Assembly: GCA_002011035.2 (NCBI GenBank)
Contig: MTLY02000002.1
Location: 320,001 to 384,000, forward strand
Source: Candidatus Hecatella orcuttiae
GTDB taxonomy: Archaea; Thermoproteota; Bathyarchaeia; Hecatellales; Hecatellaceae
DNA: 64,000 nucleotides
Direction of reading: 5' to 3'
Under the pieces are notes generated by a model, which was not told the origin of the DNA, searched no databases, and saw only the letters and a program-made list of their open reading frames with translations. Shown here one piece after another: positions 9,234-17,944 of this stretch. Position 1 is the stretch's first letter; each line of letters begins with the position of its first letter. The position numbers were made by a program, and so were the translations under genes.

Positions 9234-9428
9234 CTGCCTAAAGAGATAAAGGACGTGGAGGAGTTCCTGAAGCTTTCAGCCAAAGCTGAAGTCTGCTTCC
9301 TCAAGAGGTCTGAAGATGGAGTGAAGCTCAAACTTCGAACCTCCAAGTATCTCTACACTCTCAAAACGGATGAAAAGCACGTGGAAGAAGTGAAAAAGAA
9401 AATAAAATGCCGTGTAGAGGAAATTTAA
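9234..9428 (+). CDS. rpl38e: Ribosomal protein eL38 (CTG start; missed by the ORF track)
   Basis: MPKEIKDVEEFLKLSAKAEVCFLKRSEDGVKLKLRTSKYLYTLKT...; the KLKLRTSKYLYTL motif matches eL38 KFKVRCSRYLYTL; SD GGAGG at 9220. Confidence 0.88.
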   Translation: MPKEIKDVEEFLKLSAKAEVCFLKRSEDGVKLKLRTSKYLYTLKTDEKHVEEVKKKIKCRVEEI

Positions 9429-9465
9429 ACAAAAAGTCAGCCCGCCGAATGTTTCCTCCGAGAGG

Positions 9466-9771
9466 GTGGAAAGGGGAATGAAGGTTAAAGTCGAATTCGT
9501 AGGATTCCTGAAGAACTTAGCAGGCCTTCAGCAGACAGAGCTCAGCCTCGACCGGGAGTCGTGTCAAAAACTTTCCTTGCTCATAGACCTTCTGGAGAAA
9601 AAGTTTGGAAAAAACTTGGGCGTAAACTTGGTGGAAAGAAGACCCGACGGAGTAAGGCTTCTCCCCTTAGTTCTGAAGAACGGTGTAGAGGTAAGCGCCC
9701 TCCAAGGATTAAACACGCCGGTGGAGGAGGGGGACTCCTTGGTTTTCGTGCCCGTTTCCCATGGAGGATAA
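9466..9771 (+). CDS. Ubiquitin-like MoaD/ThiS/SAMP protein (Urm1-like C-terminus)
   Basis: Beta-grasp pattern, LKNG...EGDS, C-terminal PVSHGG. Confidence 0.85.
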   Translation: MERGMKVKVEFVGFLKNLAGLQQTELSLDRESCQKLSLLIDLLEKKFGKNLGVNLVERRPDGVRLLPLVLKNGVEVSALQGLNTPVEEGDSLVFVPVSHGG

Positions 9772-9917
9772 AAATTCAGAGATACCCTCCTCCACCGGAA
9801 TGTTTCCCACCAACCATCCCTAAGTGGTGTTTCTTTTCCGATGCGGAATGCGGCTGGGGGAGGATTTAAAATTCAAGCTTTCTCATATATTCGGTAAACC
9901 CCATGCTTCCCCATCAG

Positions 9918-10124
9918 AGGCAAGTTCTGCCTAAGGAGTTGGAGGAGCCTCCGCTGCTATGATGAACCAATAAGCCGGACAGAAGGCTTGAATAGACGGC
10001 GGAGGAGACCTACCCTAACCTCCAACTCGGGTAGAAGGACTGCAGGCGGGCTGTTGGGCGGAGAAACGTCAAGGCCTCTTTTGGCGAGGCGTCTGACTGC
10101 CTCCAGTTCGTCTGGAAAAGGCAG
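9918..10124 (+). ncRNA. Candidate structured non-coding RNA with a K-turn
   Basis: Nested 10-bp and 9-bp helices, K-turn CTAT-GAT-GA/GA-ATAG and further hairpins; lies between convergent genes, downstream of TATA-like elements. Confidence 0.5.
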
Positions 10125-10126
10125 CC

Positions 10127-10945
10127 TTATCCCAGCTTGTAAGAAAGGATGAGGATCGCTGAGAACACGGCCAAAAACATGGACTCCCTCAGCCCAACCC
10201 TGAGGACGGCGGAGGTGTAAGTTTTTCTTCTCCCAACTCTCACCAACCTCGCCGAGAAAACCGAAAAAGCCAAAATCGTAAAGGGGGGAATGAGACGTGC
10301 TGCTGTCAGAAAGCCTGCTACTCCCAAGGAAAGGACATGTTGCAAGATCGAAAGCCAGTAGGCGGTCATCCTTTTTGGCTTGGACTTCGCTGAATCTGTT
10401 TTGAGCTCAGCAAATTCTACCTTCATTTCCGACAATAAAGTTCGGATGTAACTGTTGGTTGGAAAGTGGTAGAGGAGAAGAGTCAGCCACAGCATCCAAG
10501 CGGTTAAGTCGAAGCTGCCGGTCATGATGTAGTAGCCGGCGGGCGCTGCCAGTGTTAAACCTGCGATTCCAAGGTACTCTCCCCCCACACGAGACCCAAA
10601 CCTGTACTGAGCTAGGGGAGGAAGGATGACTAGGAGGAAGGCAACTCCGCCCAAGGGTATGAGAAACACCAAGCTGTACAAATGCACCAGCATGGCTAGG
10701 GTTAAAACTGAGACTCCTGAAACCACGGTAAACCAGCGGAAGGAGCCTCGCGTCCCCTCGGGCCTCACCCAGTCTTCGAACAGACGCTCAGCCACCAGGG
10801 CCAGAAAAGTTCCTGCGAAAAACAGTAGTAGCTTTCCCAAGTCAAAAAATTGACTGATCCCAACCCCGGTGAGGGAGGTGATAAGCCAGATTACCACAAT
10901 CCCTCTTTGGGTGGGTCTGATCCTCCGCCAAAAGGCCGGACTCAT
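10127..10945 (-). CDS. YwiC-like integral membrane protein
   Basis: About 8 hydrophobic segments; N-terminal PTQRG.W and C-terminal VGLRE resemble the YwiC family. Confidence 0.6.
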   Translation of the reverse strand: MSPAFWRRIRPTQRGIVVIWLITSLTGVGISQFFDLGKLLLFFAGTFLALVAERLFEDWVRPEGTRGSFRWFTVVSGVSVLTLAMLVHLYSLVFLIPLGGVAFLLVILPPLAQYRFGSRVGGEYLGIAGLTLAAPAGYYIMTGSFDLTAWMLWLTLLLYHFPTNSYIRTLLSEMKVEFAELKTDSAKSKPKRMTAYWLSILQHVLSLGVAGFLTAARLIPPFTILAFSVFSARLVRVGRRKTYTSAVLRVGLRESMFLAVFSAILILSYKLG

Positions 10946-11111
10946 GGTTATGGCTTGTTAAGATTTTAAAGTAAGCTTTATCCTTTTGAGGATAAGAGGA
11001 CGTATTTTTCGATGAAAAAGCATCCCTTATAGGAGTTAATCTTGGGGCTGATTACTATAATTTTTTATATATTTACTATTTATTATAGAAAACTCTTGAG
11101 GGTAGGTTCAA

Positions 11112-11537
11112 ATGTCGGAGGAGGAAATACGCAGGGTAATGGAGGAGATTCTCCAAGGCTGTAAGGTTTGCACCCTAGCCACCGAAAGCGGTGGAAAACC
11201 TTGGGCTACAACCATGTTCTTCGCGGTGAAGGGGACGAATTTTTACTGCATAGTTGAAAATCGCGGCCACGGTATGGCGAATCTTAAAAAGAACCCTCAC
11301 GTGGCGTTGGCTATAGACAACAGAGTTCCGGATAGGTTTGTTCAAGCGGCAGGTACAGCTGAGGTGGTGGAAGGCGAGGAGGAAGCAGAAGGGAGAAAGC
11401 TTGTGCTGGACAGGGTGCCCGAGTATCGGCCTTTCTTCGAAATGGTCACCACCTCGCTGGTTAGAATAGTTCCGAAGGAAATCCATGTCACCGACGTTCC
11501 CCGAGGATGGTTTCCCGCGAAAGTCCTGAGGCTTTAG
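11112..11537 (+). CDS. Pyridoxamine 5'-phosphate oxidase-like (split-barrel flavin-binding) protein
   Basis: CTLAT...GKPWAT, NLKKNPHVAL. Confidence 0.8.
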   Translation: MSEEEIRRVMEEILQGCKVCTLATESGGKPWATTMFFAVKGTNFYCIVENRGHGMANLKKNPHVALAIDNRVPDRFVQAAGTAEVVEGEEEAEGRKLVLDRVPEYRPFFEMVTTSLVRIVPKEIHVTDVPRGWFPAKVLRL

Positions 11538-11564
11538 ATCAGAAGGCCGGAAGACTCGCCGAAT

Positions 11565-11843
11565 TTACTGGGAGAACCGCTGTTTTCCACGCTTTTCCTC
11601 TCCCAGAGAAAGCTCATACCAGAAGAGGGCGTGGAAGAATCTTCGGAAAAAAATCAGGATCACCGCCAAGGTGAAGAGAACCCCTAACCATACGAGGATG
11701 TCGGAGGTTAAGGCTCCCAGCTCTCCGGAGGTCCATGTCTTCACCAGAGGCATGTAGAGCTCAGCCAGCAGCCAAGCTGCCTCCAAGCATAGAACCCAGA
11801 ATAGGACCACGGCCGCATACAGTTTCCAGAATTTCCCCAGCAA
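11565..11843 (-). CDS. Small two-TM membrane protein
   Basis: Two hydrophobic helices; starts 2 nt after the aglH-like gene. Confidence 0.6.
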   Translation of the reverse strand: MLGKFWKLYAAVVLFWVLCLEAAWLLAELYMPLVKTWTSGELGALTSDILVWLGVLFTLAVILIFFRRFFHALFWYELSLGEEKRGKQRFSQ

Positions 11844-11845
11844 GT

Positions 11846-12844
11846 CTAACCCCCCAACATGAAAAGGGCGGTTGCCAAGGCGAGAGCTCCTGTGAGCAGG
11901 TTTAAAGCCATGAACCCCCTTACAACTTCTTCCTCCCTCAGAGGCTGAGAAGCCACCATCAGCCTAGTCAAGGTTACCGGAGCCTGCCTGCTGGGGCTGG
12001 CTGCGATCCGAGGGCCCGCCACTAGAAGGGTGGGGCGCTCTTTTATCCCCCGACGCTCCACCAGCCTCCCCAAGCTGGAGAGAATGAGGGAGCCGTTGAT
12101 GAGAGCTGGGAGGAGGACGATGAGGGTTAAAACCTCCAAGCGGCCGATGATGGCTGCCGCGGCGAAGGCAGCCCCCACTGCTAGGCTTCCTCCATCTCCG
12201 GGGAAAACCTCAGCTGGGTAGCGGTTATGCCGGTAGAAGCCGTAGGTGCAGGCTGCGAGAAGACCGAGGAGGAAGGCTGTTTCCCACTGGCTGAAAAGCA
12301 CGGCGATGAGGGTGAGGAAGAGGGCGGAGATGGTGGAGGTTCCTGCCATCGACCCGTTTAGGACGTCCAGCATGTTCACCGAGTTCGCCAGCACCGTGAC
12401 CAGCAGAGGCATGAAAATGAAAGGATAGATGAGGGTAAGCCTTAACCCGCCCACAAAGGGAAGCACCGGGTAGGGCGTGTACATTCCCAGAATCAGGAGG
12501 GGAAGCGCGGCCAAGGTCACAGCAGCCACCTTCTCCAAGGGGCTCAAAGGCCTCAGCCAGTCGTCCACAACGCCCACCACCGCAGCCACGACCACCGTAG
12601 AAAGAAAGGCCGCCGCGGTCAGGCTGAACTCAGGGTTGAGGGCTGTGAAAAAACCCATGCCCACCGCCAAGCCGACGACGATGGTCACCCCGCCCATCTC
12701 AGGGATAAGCGGCCTGTCCGGCTTGTGGACATCCCTGCCGCAGATGCCCTTCCTCAACATGAGGCGGGCCCAAGGCTCGGTCAGCCTTTCCACAGCCAGA
12801 AAACCTAGGAGGAGGCTGAGGGCTGCCGTGAACGCGGGAAGCAC
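11846..12844 (-). CDS. UDP-GlcNAc:dolichol-phosphate GlcNAc-1-P transferase (MraY/GPT family, AglH-like)
   Basis: GRDVHK...IPEMGG, GVVDD, NSVNMLDVLNG, NRYPAEVFPGD. Confidence 0.85.
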   Translation of the reverse strand: MLPAFTAALSLLLGFLAVERLTEPWARLMLRKGICGRDVHKPDRPLIPEMGGVTIVVGLAVGMGFFTALNPEFSLTAAAFLSTVVVAAVVGVVDDWLRPLSPLEKVAAVTLAALPLLILGMYTPYPVLPFVGGLRLTLIYPFIFMPLLVTVLANSVNMLDVLNGSMAGTSTISALFLTLIAVLFSQWETAFLLGLLAACTYGFYRHNRYPAEVFPGDGGSLAVGAAFAAAAIIGRLEVLTLIVLLPALINGSLILSSLGRLVERRGIKERPTLLVAGPRIAASPSRQAPVTLTRLMVASQPLREEEVVRGFMALNLLTGALALATALFMLGG

Positions 12845-12887
12845 CGGGAAGCTTATGGTTTTTTTCCTCCGACGTTTTCGAAGCCGG

Positions 12888-13997
12888 TTAGGCTAAAATT
12901 CTAGGGCCTATGAGGCTTATGCCTACTTCCTTGTGGGGGCAGATGGAAACCTTTCTAACCAATTTCAGGGCGTCGGCTACAAAAGCGTGGTCTCCGATGA
13001 CGGTTTGGTCTCGGATTTTAACTCCTCTCCCTATCACGGCTCCTTCCCCCACAACCGAATCTTGTATAAGGCTGCGGGCTCCTACTTCAGCCCTGTCGAA
13101 GACGACGGCTTTCTTTATTTTGCATCTTTCCCCCACGTGTACACCGTTGCCTAGGACCGCATAGGGGCCTACCACCGCTCCGGCTGCTATTTTCGCTTTC
13201 TCCCCAACCCAGACAGGGGGGCGAAGCTGTGCTTCCCGAGCCACTTTGGCGCCTCTGCCGATCTCCAGTCTACCTTCAGCTCTAAGCTCCAAGACCTTGA
13301 AGTTAACCGCCATAAAGTCCTCGATCTTACCTATGTCGCTCCAGAGGCCTTCATGCTTGAATCCGTAGAGTTTTCCCTCCTCAGCCAGCCGGGGGAACAG
13401 TTCTCTTTCTAGAGAGAATCTCCTCTCCTCCAGCCTCCGGAAGATCTTGCGGTCTGTAAGGTAGATTCCAGCGTTTATCAGCCCCTTTCTCTTTCCCCCG
13501 CGAGGTTTTTCCCTAAACTTCAAGATTCTCCCCTTTCCATCTACTTCCACAACTCCATAGCGGCTGACGTCTTTCACCTCTCGAAGCGTCAGAGTCATTA
13601 CAGCGTCATACTCTTCCATGTGGCGGCGGTGTGCCTCCCTCAGAGCTGCAAAATCCACATCAGACCAGATGTCGCCGTTGAGGATGAGCAAGGGCTCCCC
13701 CGGCTTGAGTTTTAAGATTTTTTCCGCCAGCTTTATGGGGCCGCCTGTGCCGAGGGCTCTCGGCTCCTTGGAGTACAAAATCCTCAAACCGTACTTGCGC
13801 CTACCGAGGAAAGCCTGTAAGGCTGCGGCCATGTAGTTCACGGCCAAGACGACTTCGGAAACCCCTGCCTTAGAAAGGTTTTCCAGCGTCCAGTCGAGGG
13901 CGGGGCGGTTGAGGATGGGAAACAAAAGTTTAGGCCTAGTGCAGCTTAAAGGCCTCAGCCTGGTTCCCGGGCCTCCTGCGAGGATTATCGCCTTCAT
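12888..13997 (-). CDS. NDP-sugar pyrophosphorylase with left-handed beta-helix (Man-1-P guanylyltransferase-like)
   Basis: ILAGGPGTRLRPL...PK, LGTGG, NGD, FREKP, hexapeptide repeats. Confidence 0.9.
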   Translation of the reverse strand: MKAIILAGGPGTRLRPLSCTRPKLLFPILNRPALDWTLENLSKAGVSEVVLAVNYMAAALQAFLGRRKYGLRILYSKEPRALGTGGPIKLAEKILKLKPGEPLLILNGDIWSDVDFAALREAHRRHMEEYDAVMTLTLREVKDVSRYGVVEVDGKGRILKFREKPRGGKRKGLINAGIYLTDRKIFRRLEERRFSLERELFPRLAEEGKLYGFKHEGLWSDIGKIEDFMAVNFKVLELRAEGRLEIGRGAKVAREAQLRPPVWVGEKAKIAAGAVVGPYAVLGNGVHVGERCKIKKAVVFDRAEVGARSLIQDSVVGEGAVIGRGVKIRDQTVIGDHAFVADALKLVRKVSICPHKEVGISLIGPRILA

Positions 13998-14030
13998 GGC
14001 TTGACACCTGAGGTTGAGTTGGGCTGGCTG

Positions 14031-15137
14031 TTAGGTTTCCAGATACTGGTTTACATCCTTCCAGTCCAACCTGTCAGTGGACAATATGTTATGGAGGAAG
14101 TTTATGAGTTTTCGCCGCACTTCAAAGCTGAGGGTCGGATACCATTTAGGGCTTGCCAAAACCAACGCCCTCCAAGCGTAGAAAGGCTGAACGACCTCCA
14201 ACAGCTCCTCGTCTCCTGTCTTGTCGAGGTAGTTTTTCATGAAGGCTTCGAACAGTTTCTGGAAGGGCCCTGCTAGTTTTCCGTGGGATTGAAGGGAGTA
14301 GAAGATGTAGTTCACCGTCATGCAGGACACGTCGTCGCCGGCTTCCCCCCACTCCCCCCGGCTTCGATCTAGCACCGTGAAGTCTACACCTTCCCTGAAG
14401 AGGACGTTCCAGGGGTGGAAGTCTCCGTGCACTTGGCAGAGGCGGTGAACTCGGTCTTTGAGTTTCCACCTCCAGTCCACGCATGTTTTCTCTATTCGGT
14501 GAAGCTCCTCGCGGCTGATGAACCTCTCCTCCGGAGGGTAGTTGTCGATGAGGCCCATGATGCATTCCCCATGCCCTAGGAGGTCGCGGATCCTCCGCGT
14601 GTAAAGGCTGGGCATATCGTTTTTCCTGAAGGAGTGAATTTTCACCAGATAGTCGGAGAGAGCCAGACAGCGGTCCAAGTCCAGCGGGCGGAGGTTCCCC
14701 CTGCTGGAAACCTCGTCCAAGTCCCAGTGATACTCCTTTCCCTCCACTTTTTCCAAGAGGATGAAGAATTCGCCGCAGGAGCCTAGGGAAGCCATGGTGC
14801 CGTCTTCCCGCACAGCGCCTAGGTCAAGGGATTTAACATGCCCCTCCAGCCTGTTGTAGGTTTTATGAGCTAGGATGAGGTTCTGAGCCCTGTCGCTGAG
14901 GTACTCGTGGCCGAAGCTGTCCTGCCTCATGGTCTGAAGCACGACGCTGCGTTTTTCCCCACGGACTTGAAACTCGATGAGATAGGATTTCCCGTAGCCG
15001 AAACCCTTGAGCTCCAAGAAGGGCTCGGAAACTTTAGCCCTTTCCACCCCCAGTTCTTCCACGTGGGTTATTCTGGCTTCTCCTCGGTAAAGGGAGGCCA
15101 AGTAGTTTTGGAGTTCAGCTAAACTGAGGCTTGTCAT
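14031..15137 (-). CDS. APH/choline-kinase-like phosphotransferase
   Basis: Brenner motif HGDFHPWNVL followed by VLDRSRG. Confidence 0.8.
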   Translation of the reverse strand: MTSLSLAELQNYLASLYRGEARITHVEELGVERAKVSEPFLELKGFGYGKSYLIEFQVRGEKRSVVLQTMRQDSFGHEYLSDRAQNLILAHKTYNRLEGHVKSLDLGAVREDGTMASLGSCGEFFILLEKVEGKEYHWDLDEVSSRGNLRPLDLDRCLALSDYLVKIHSFRKNDMPSLYTRRIRDLLGHGECIMGLIDNYPPEERFISREELHRIEKTCVDWRWKLKDRVHRLCQVHGDFHPWNVLFREGVDFTVLDRSRGEWGEAGDDVSCMTVNYIFYSLQSHGKLAGPFQKLFEAFMKNYLDKTGDEELLEVVQPFYAWRALVLASPKWYPTLSFEVRRKLINFLHNILSTDRLDWKDVNQYLET

Positions 15138-15733
15138 GTTGTTCCTCCTCTTCTGGAAACATTCCGCCTTTTCCCGGCTTGAACTCCAAACCTGCCCGCT
15201 AAAGCTTTAAGGATTTTTTCAGCAGCCTGCCGAGGGGACACGGCGTCCGTTTCTACGATCACCTCAGGCTTGTGGGGTTCCTCGTAGGGAGCACCCATGC
15301 CGGGAATGGTTCCGCTCAGATTTTTGAAGGCTTTTTCGTAGATTTTTTTAGGGGCTCCGAAGGTTTTCCCTCGGCTTTCCTCCCTCCGGATGCAGGTGGG
15401 TAGAGGACATTTCAAATAGACTTCCATGAACTTCTTAATTTCCCTGCGAGCCTTATCCCTGTAGCTTCTTCTGTTTCCCGTGGCGTCGATGATTATGTTT
15501 GTTCCCCCCTCCGTCAGCTGCTTAGCCATGAAGACTAGGACATTGTAGACCATCTTCCGCTCTTTCTCCGTGTAGGTTGGTTTGGGGGTTAAGATTTTCC
15601 GAAGCCTATCAGAGGATAGGATTTGAACAGGAACCTTCTTTTCGCGTAGTTTACGCGCCACTAGTCGGGCTAGAGTGGACTTTCCCGACCCCGGTAAACC
15701 TGTGAGCCAAACAGCCCAGCCTTTCATTTTCAA
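15134..15733 (-). CDS. P-loop kinase (APS kinase/AAA_33-like)
   Basis: WLTGLPGSGKST, DRLR, DATG, PYEEP. Confidence 0.8.
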   Translation of the reverse strand: MKMKGWAVWLTGLPGSGKSTLARLVARKLREKKVPVQILSSDRLRKILTPKPTYTEKERKMVYNVLVFMAKQLTEGGTNIIIDATGNRRSYRDKARREIKKFMEVYLKCPLPTCIRREESRGKTFGAPKKIYEKAFKNLSGTIPGMGAPYEEPHKPEVIVETDAVSPRQAAEKILKALAGRFGVQAGKRRNVSRRGGTT

Positions 15734-15852
15734 CCATCCGTAAAGTTTGCGGATTTTTCACTCAGCCTAAATCACAATTATTAAATGGCTTAAAGGGTTA
15801 AATCTTTAATTGTAAGAAGTTTCCTAAATCAAGATTAGAAGCTCTGGAAAGG

Positions 15853-16473
15853 ATGTTCATGATCTTCTGGCGACGTAAGGAGAAGAAAGAAACAGAGCCT
15901 CCGAAAAGCCTTTCCACAGAGGTCCCTCCAGTTTTGAAGGTTGAGAGAAGCTTCACCCCCGAAGACATCGAAAAAGCCAAAAGCGAACTCAGACTCTCCA
16001 CCGTGGAGAAAGACATTCTCGGTGAAACTGTAACCCATCTTTACGAGGCCGCGGCGGAAGGGAAGATCACTCCTGAAGAAAGAGACCGCCTCATCTCAAA
16101 GTACAAGGACCAGCTGGCCATGTTGGACTCCATCGTCGAACGCAACCAGCGGATCATCAGCCTTCACGAACTGGAAGAAACCCGCGCCGAGCTTGCTAAA
16201 ATGTTCCATGATAAATTCATGGAGGTCAACACCAAGATCGAAGAGTTCCGGAGAAAACTTGGACTGAAGACCAAGGAAACCGTAGAGCTAAAGCTAGCCC
16301 CAAAGGTTGAAAGAGAAGCCAAACCGTCTCCCCCGGAAAAGGTTTCTCCACCAACCCCCACACCCGCTCCCCCGCCGAGGAAGCGGACGAAAGCCGACGA
16401 GGAACTGGAAAAGCTGAGGGAAGACCTCCAAAAGGAACTGGAAAAACTGGAGCAGATTGAGCTGGAGGCCTGA
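15853..16473 (+). CDS. Coiled-coil hypothetical protein with Pro-rich linker and C-terminal helix
   Basis: 206-aa ORF, E/K-rich heptads, co-oriented with rpiA. Confidence 0.75.
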   Translation: MFMIFWRRKEKKETEPPKSLSTEVPPVLKVERSFTPEDIEKAKSELRLSTVEKDILGETVTHLYEAAAEGKITPEERDRLISKYKDQLAMLDSIVERNQRIISLHELEETRAELAKMFHDKFMEVNTKIEEFRRKLGLKTKETVELKLAPKVEREAKPSPPEKVSPPTPTPAPPPRKRTKADEELEKLREDLQKELEKLEQIELEA

Positions 16474-16478
16474 CCTAG

Positions 16479-17171
16479 ATTCCCTCTTGGCGGGAGAAGG
16501 CGAAAAAGAGAGCTGCAGAAGAAGCGGTTAAACTCGTGAAAGACGGGTTTGTTGTAGGGCTGGGAAGCGGCAACACCGTCGCCCACGCCATAGCTGAACT
16601 CGGGCGGAGGGTGAGAGTTGAGGGGCTACAGGTTTCAACCGTCCCCACCTCCTACCAAGTCTTCTTCGCAGCCATCAAAGAAGGGTTGAAGGTCACTTCC
16701 CTAGACGCTCACCCCCAGCTCGACCTAGCCATCGACGGAGCTGACGAGATCGATGGAAAGCTGAACTTGGTGAAGGGAGGCGGGGCCGCGCTCGCTCGGG
16801 AGAAGATGGTAGCCTTTTCAGCGAAAAGATATGTCATCATAGCCGATGAAACCAAGCTGGTGAAAAAACTGGGCTCCACCCATCCTCTGCCCGTGGAAAT
16901 TCTACCCTTCGCCGCCTCGGTAACCTTAGAGAGGATTAAAAAACTCTGGAAGAAAGCTGAAATCCGGGAAGGCGGGGGAAAAGTGGGGCCCCTCATCACC
17001 GACAACGGAAACTTCATCGTAGACGTCCACTGCGGCCCCTTGAAAGACCCTGAGAAGGCCGATGGAATGTTGAAGGCTATCCCCGGTGTGGTGGAAACAG
17101 GACTATTTCTTAAGCTGGCGGATGTTGCCTACGTAGGCGACAGGGAAGGCCGGGTTAGAAAGTTAGCTTAG
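16479..17171 (+). CDS. rpiA: Ribose-5-phosphate isomerase A
   Basis: GLGSGNT, DGADE, KGGGAALAREK, TDNGN, GVVETGLF; the N-terminal helix KKRAAEEAV lies upstream of the GTG at 16536, so the start is placed at ATT 16479. Confidence 0.93.
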   Translation: MPSWREKAKKRAAEEAVKLVKDGFVVGLGSGNTVAHAIAELGRRVRVEGLQVSTVPTSYQVFFAAIKEGLKVTSLDAHPQLDLAIDGADEIDGKLNLVKGGGAALAREKMVAFSAKRYVIIADETKLVKKLGSTHPLPVEILPFAASVTLERIKKLWKKAEIREGGGKVGPLITDNGNFIVDVHCGPLKDPEKADGMLKAIPGVVETGLFLKLADVAYVGDREGRVRKLA

Positions 17172-17181
17172 GTCCTTTCAG

Positions 17182-17868
17182 CTAGGTCCATATTCCCAAG
17201 GCGGTGATGAGAAGGCCGCCCAGCAACACGGAGAGGATAACTTTGAGGTTGAATTTCTCATGGGCTTCAGGCAGCAGGTCGCTGGCTCCGATGTAGATGA
17301 AGGTGCCGGCTGCGAAGGCGAGGATATGCTCAAACACAGCTTCAGGGATCAGAAAAGAAAGCAAAGCCCCCAGAGGAGTGAACATGGCAGCCAGAAACAA
17401 GGCTATCAGTATCTTAGAGCCGCGGTATTTGGCTTTCATGATCACCGCCATGGAAAGCCCTTGGGGTAGCTCATGGGTTGCAACCGCTAGGGCTACTGTA
17501 ACTCCCAGTATGGGGCTGAGGATGGAGCCTACGGCTATTCCCGCACCGTCGACAACGTTGTCCAAGGTTAAACCGCTCACCGGAAGCCATCCCACGTGGT
17601 GAAATTTGTAGGGGCATTCCCTCTCTTGGCAGGCGTGGATGATGGTTAACTTTTCAAAGAAGTAAAGGAAGAAAAAGCCCAGCCCAGCCGCCCAAAGGCT
17701 TCCTTTCACCTCGGGGAGCATGACCAAGAGGGCTGTGGAGATCAGAACCCCCGCGGAGAACCCCGCTAGGTATCGGAGGTCCACGTTCTTCAGCCCAGTG
17801 TAAAGGGCCAAAGCCCCTCCTAGGATGGTGGCTGCGCCGGCGATGAGGGCTAAAATAAGAAATATCAA
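17182..17868 (-). CDS. ZIP-family metal transporter
   Basis: FSAGVL, DNVVDG, HELPQG, AAGTFIYI..DLLPE. Confidence 0.88.
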   Translation of the reverse strand: MIFLILALIAGAATILGGALALYTGLKNVDLRYLAGFSAGVLISTALLVMLPEVKGSLWAAGLGFFFLYFFEKLTIIHACQERECPYKFHHVGWLPVSGLTLDNVVDGAGIAVGSILSPILGVTVALAVATHELPQGLSMAVIMKAKYRGSKILIALFLAAMFTPLGALLSFLIPEAVFEHILAFAAGTFIYIGASDLLPEAHEKFNLKVILSVLLGGLLITALGIWT

Positions 17869-17944
17869 CGGTAAGCTCGCCTATCAATAGGGCATTAGAA
17901 GAAAGTGGGTTTTTTAAGGCTTTTCGAAGAGGCTCCCTTTTGCC

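Noticed and set aside
9918-10124. RNase P RNA, SRP RNA or standard C/D guide
   Set aside because: No GAGGAAAGUCC-type CR-I/P4 pairing, no SRP helix-8 motif, and ATGATGA has no properly spaced CTGA D box
15134-15733. True adenylylsulfate kinase (cysC)
   Set aside because: Lacks the LDGDN.R and FTG motifs and has no sulfate-assimilation neighbours; left as a generic P-loop kinase
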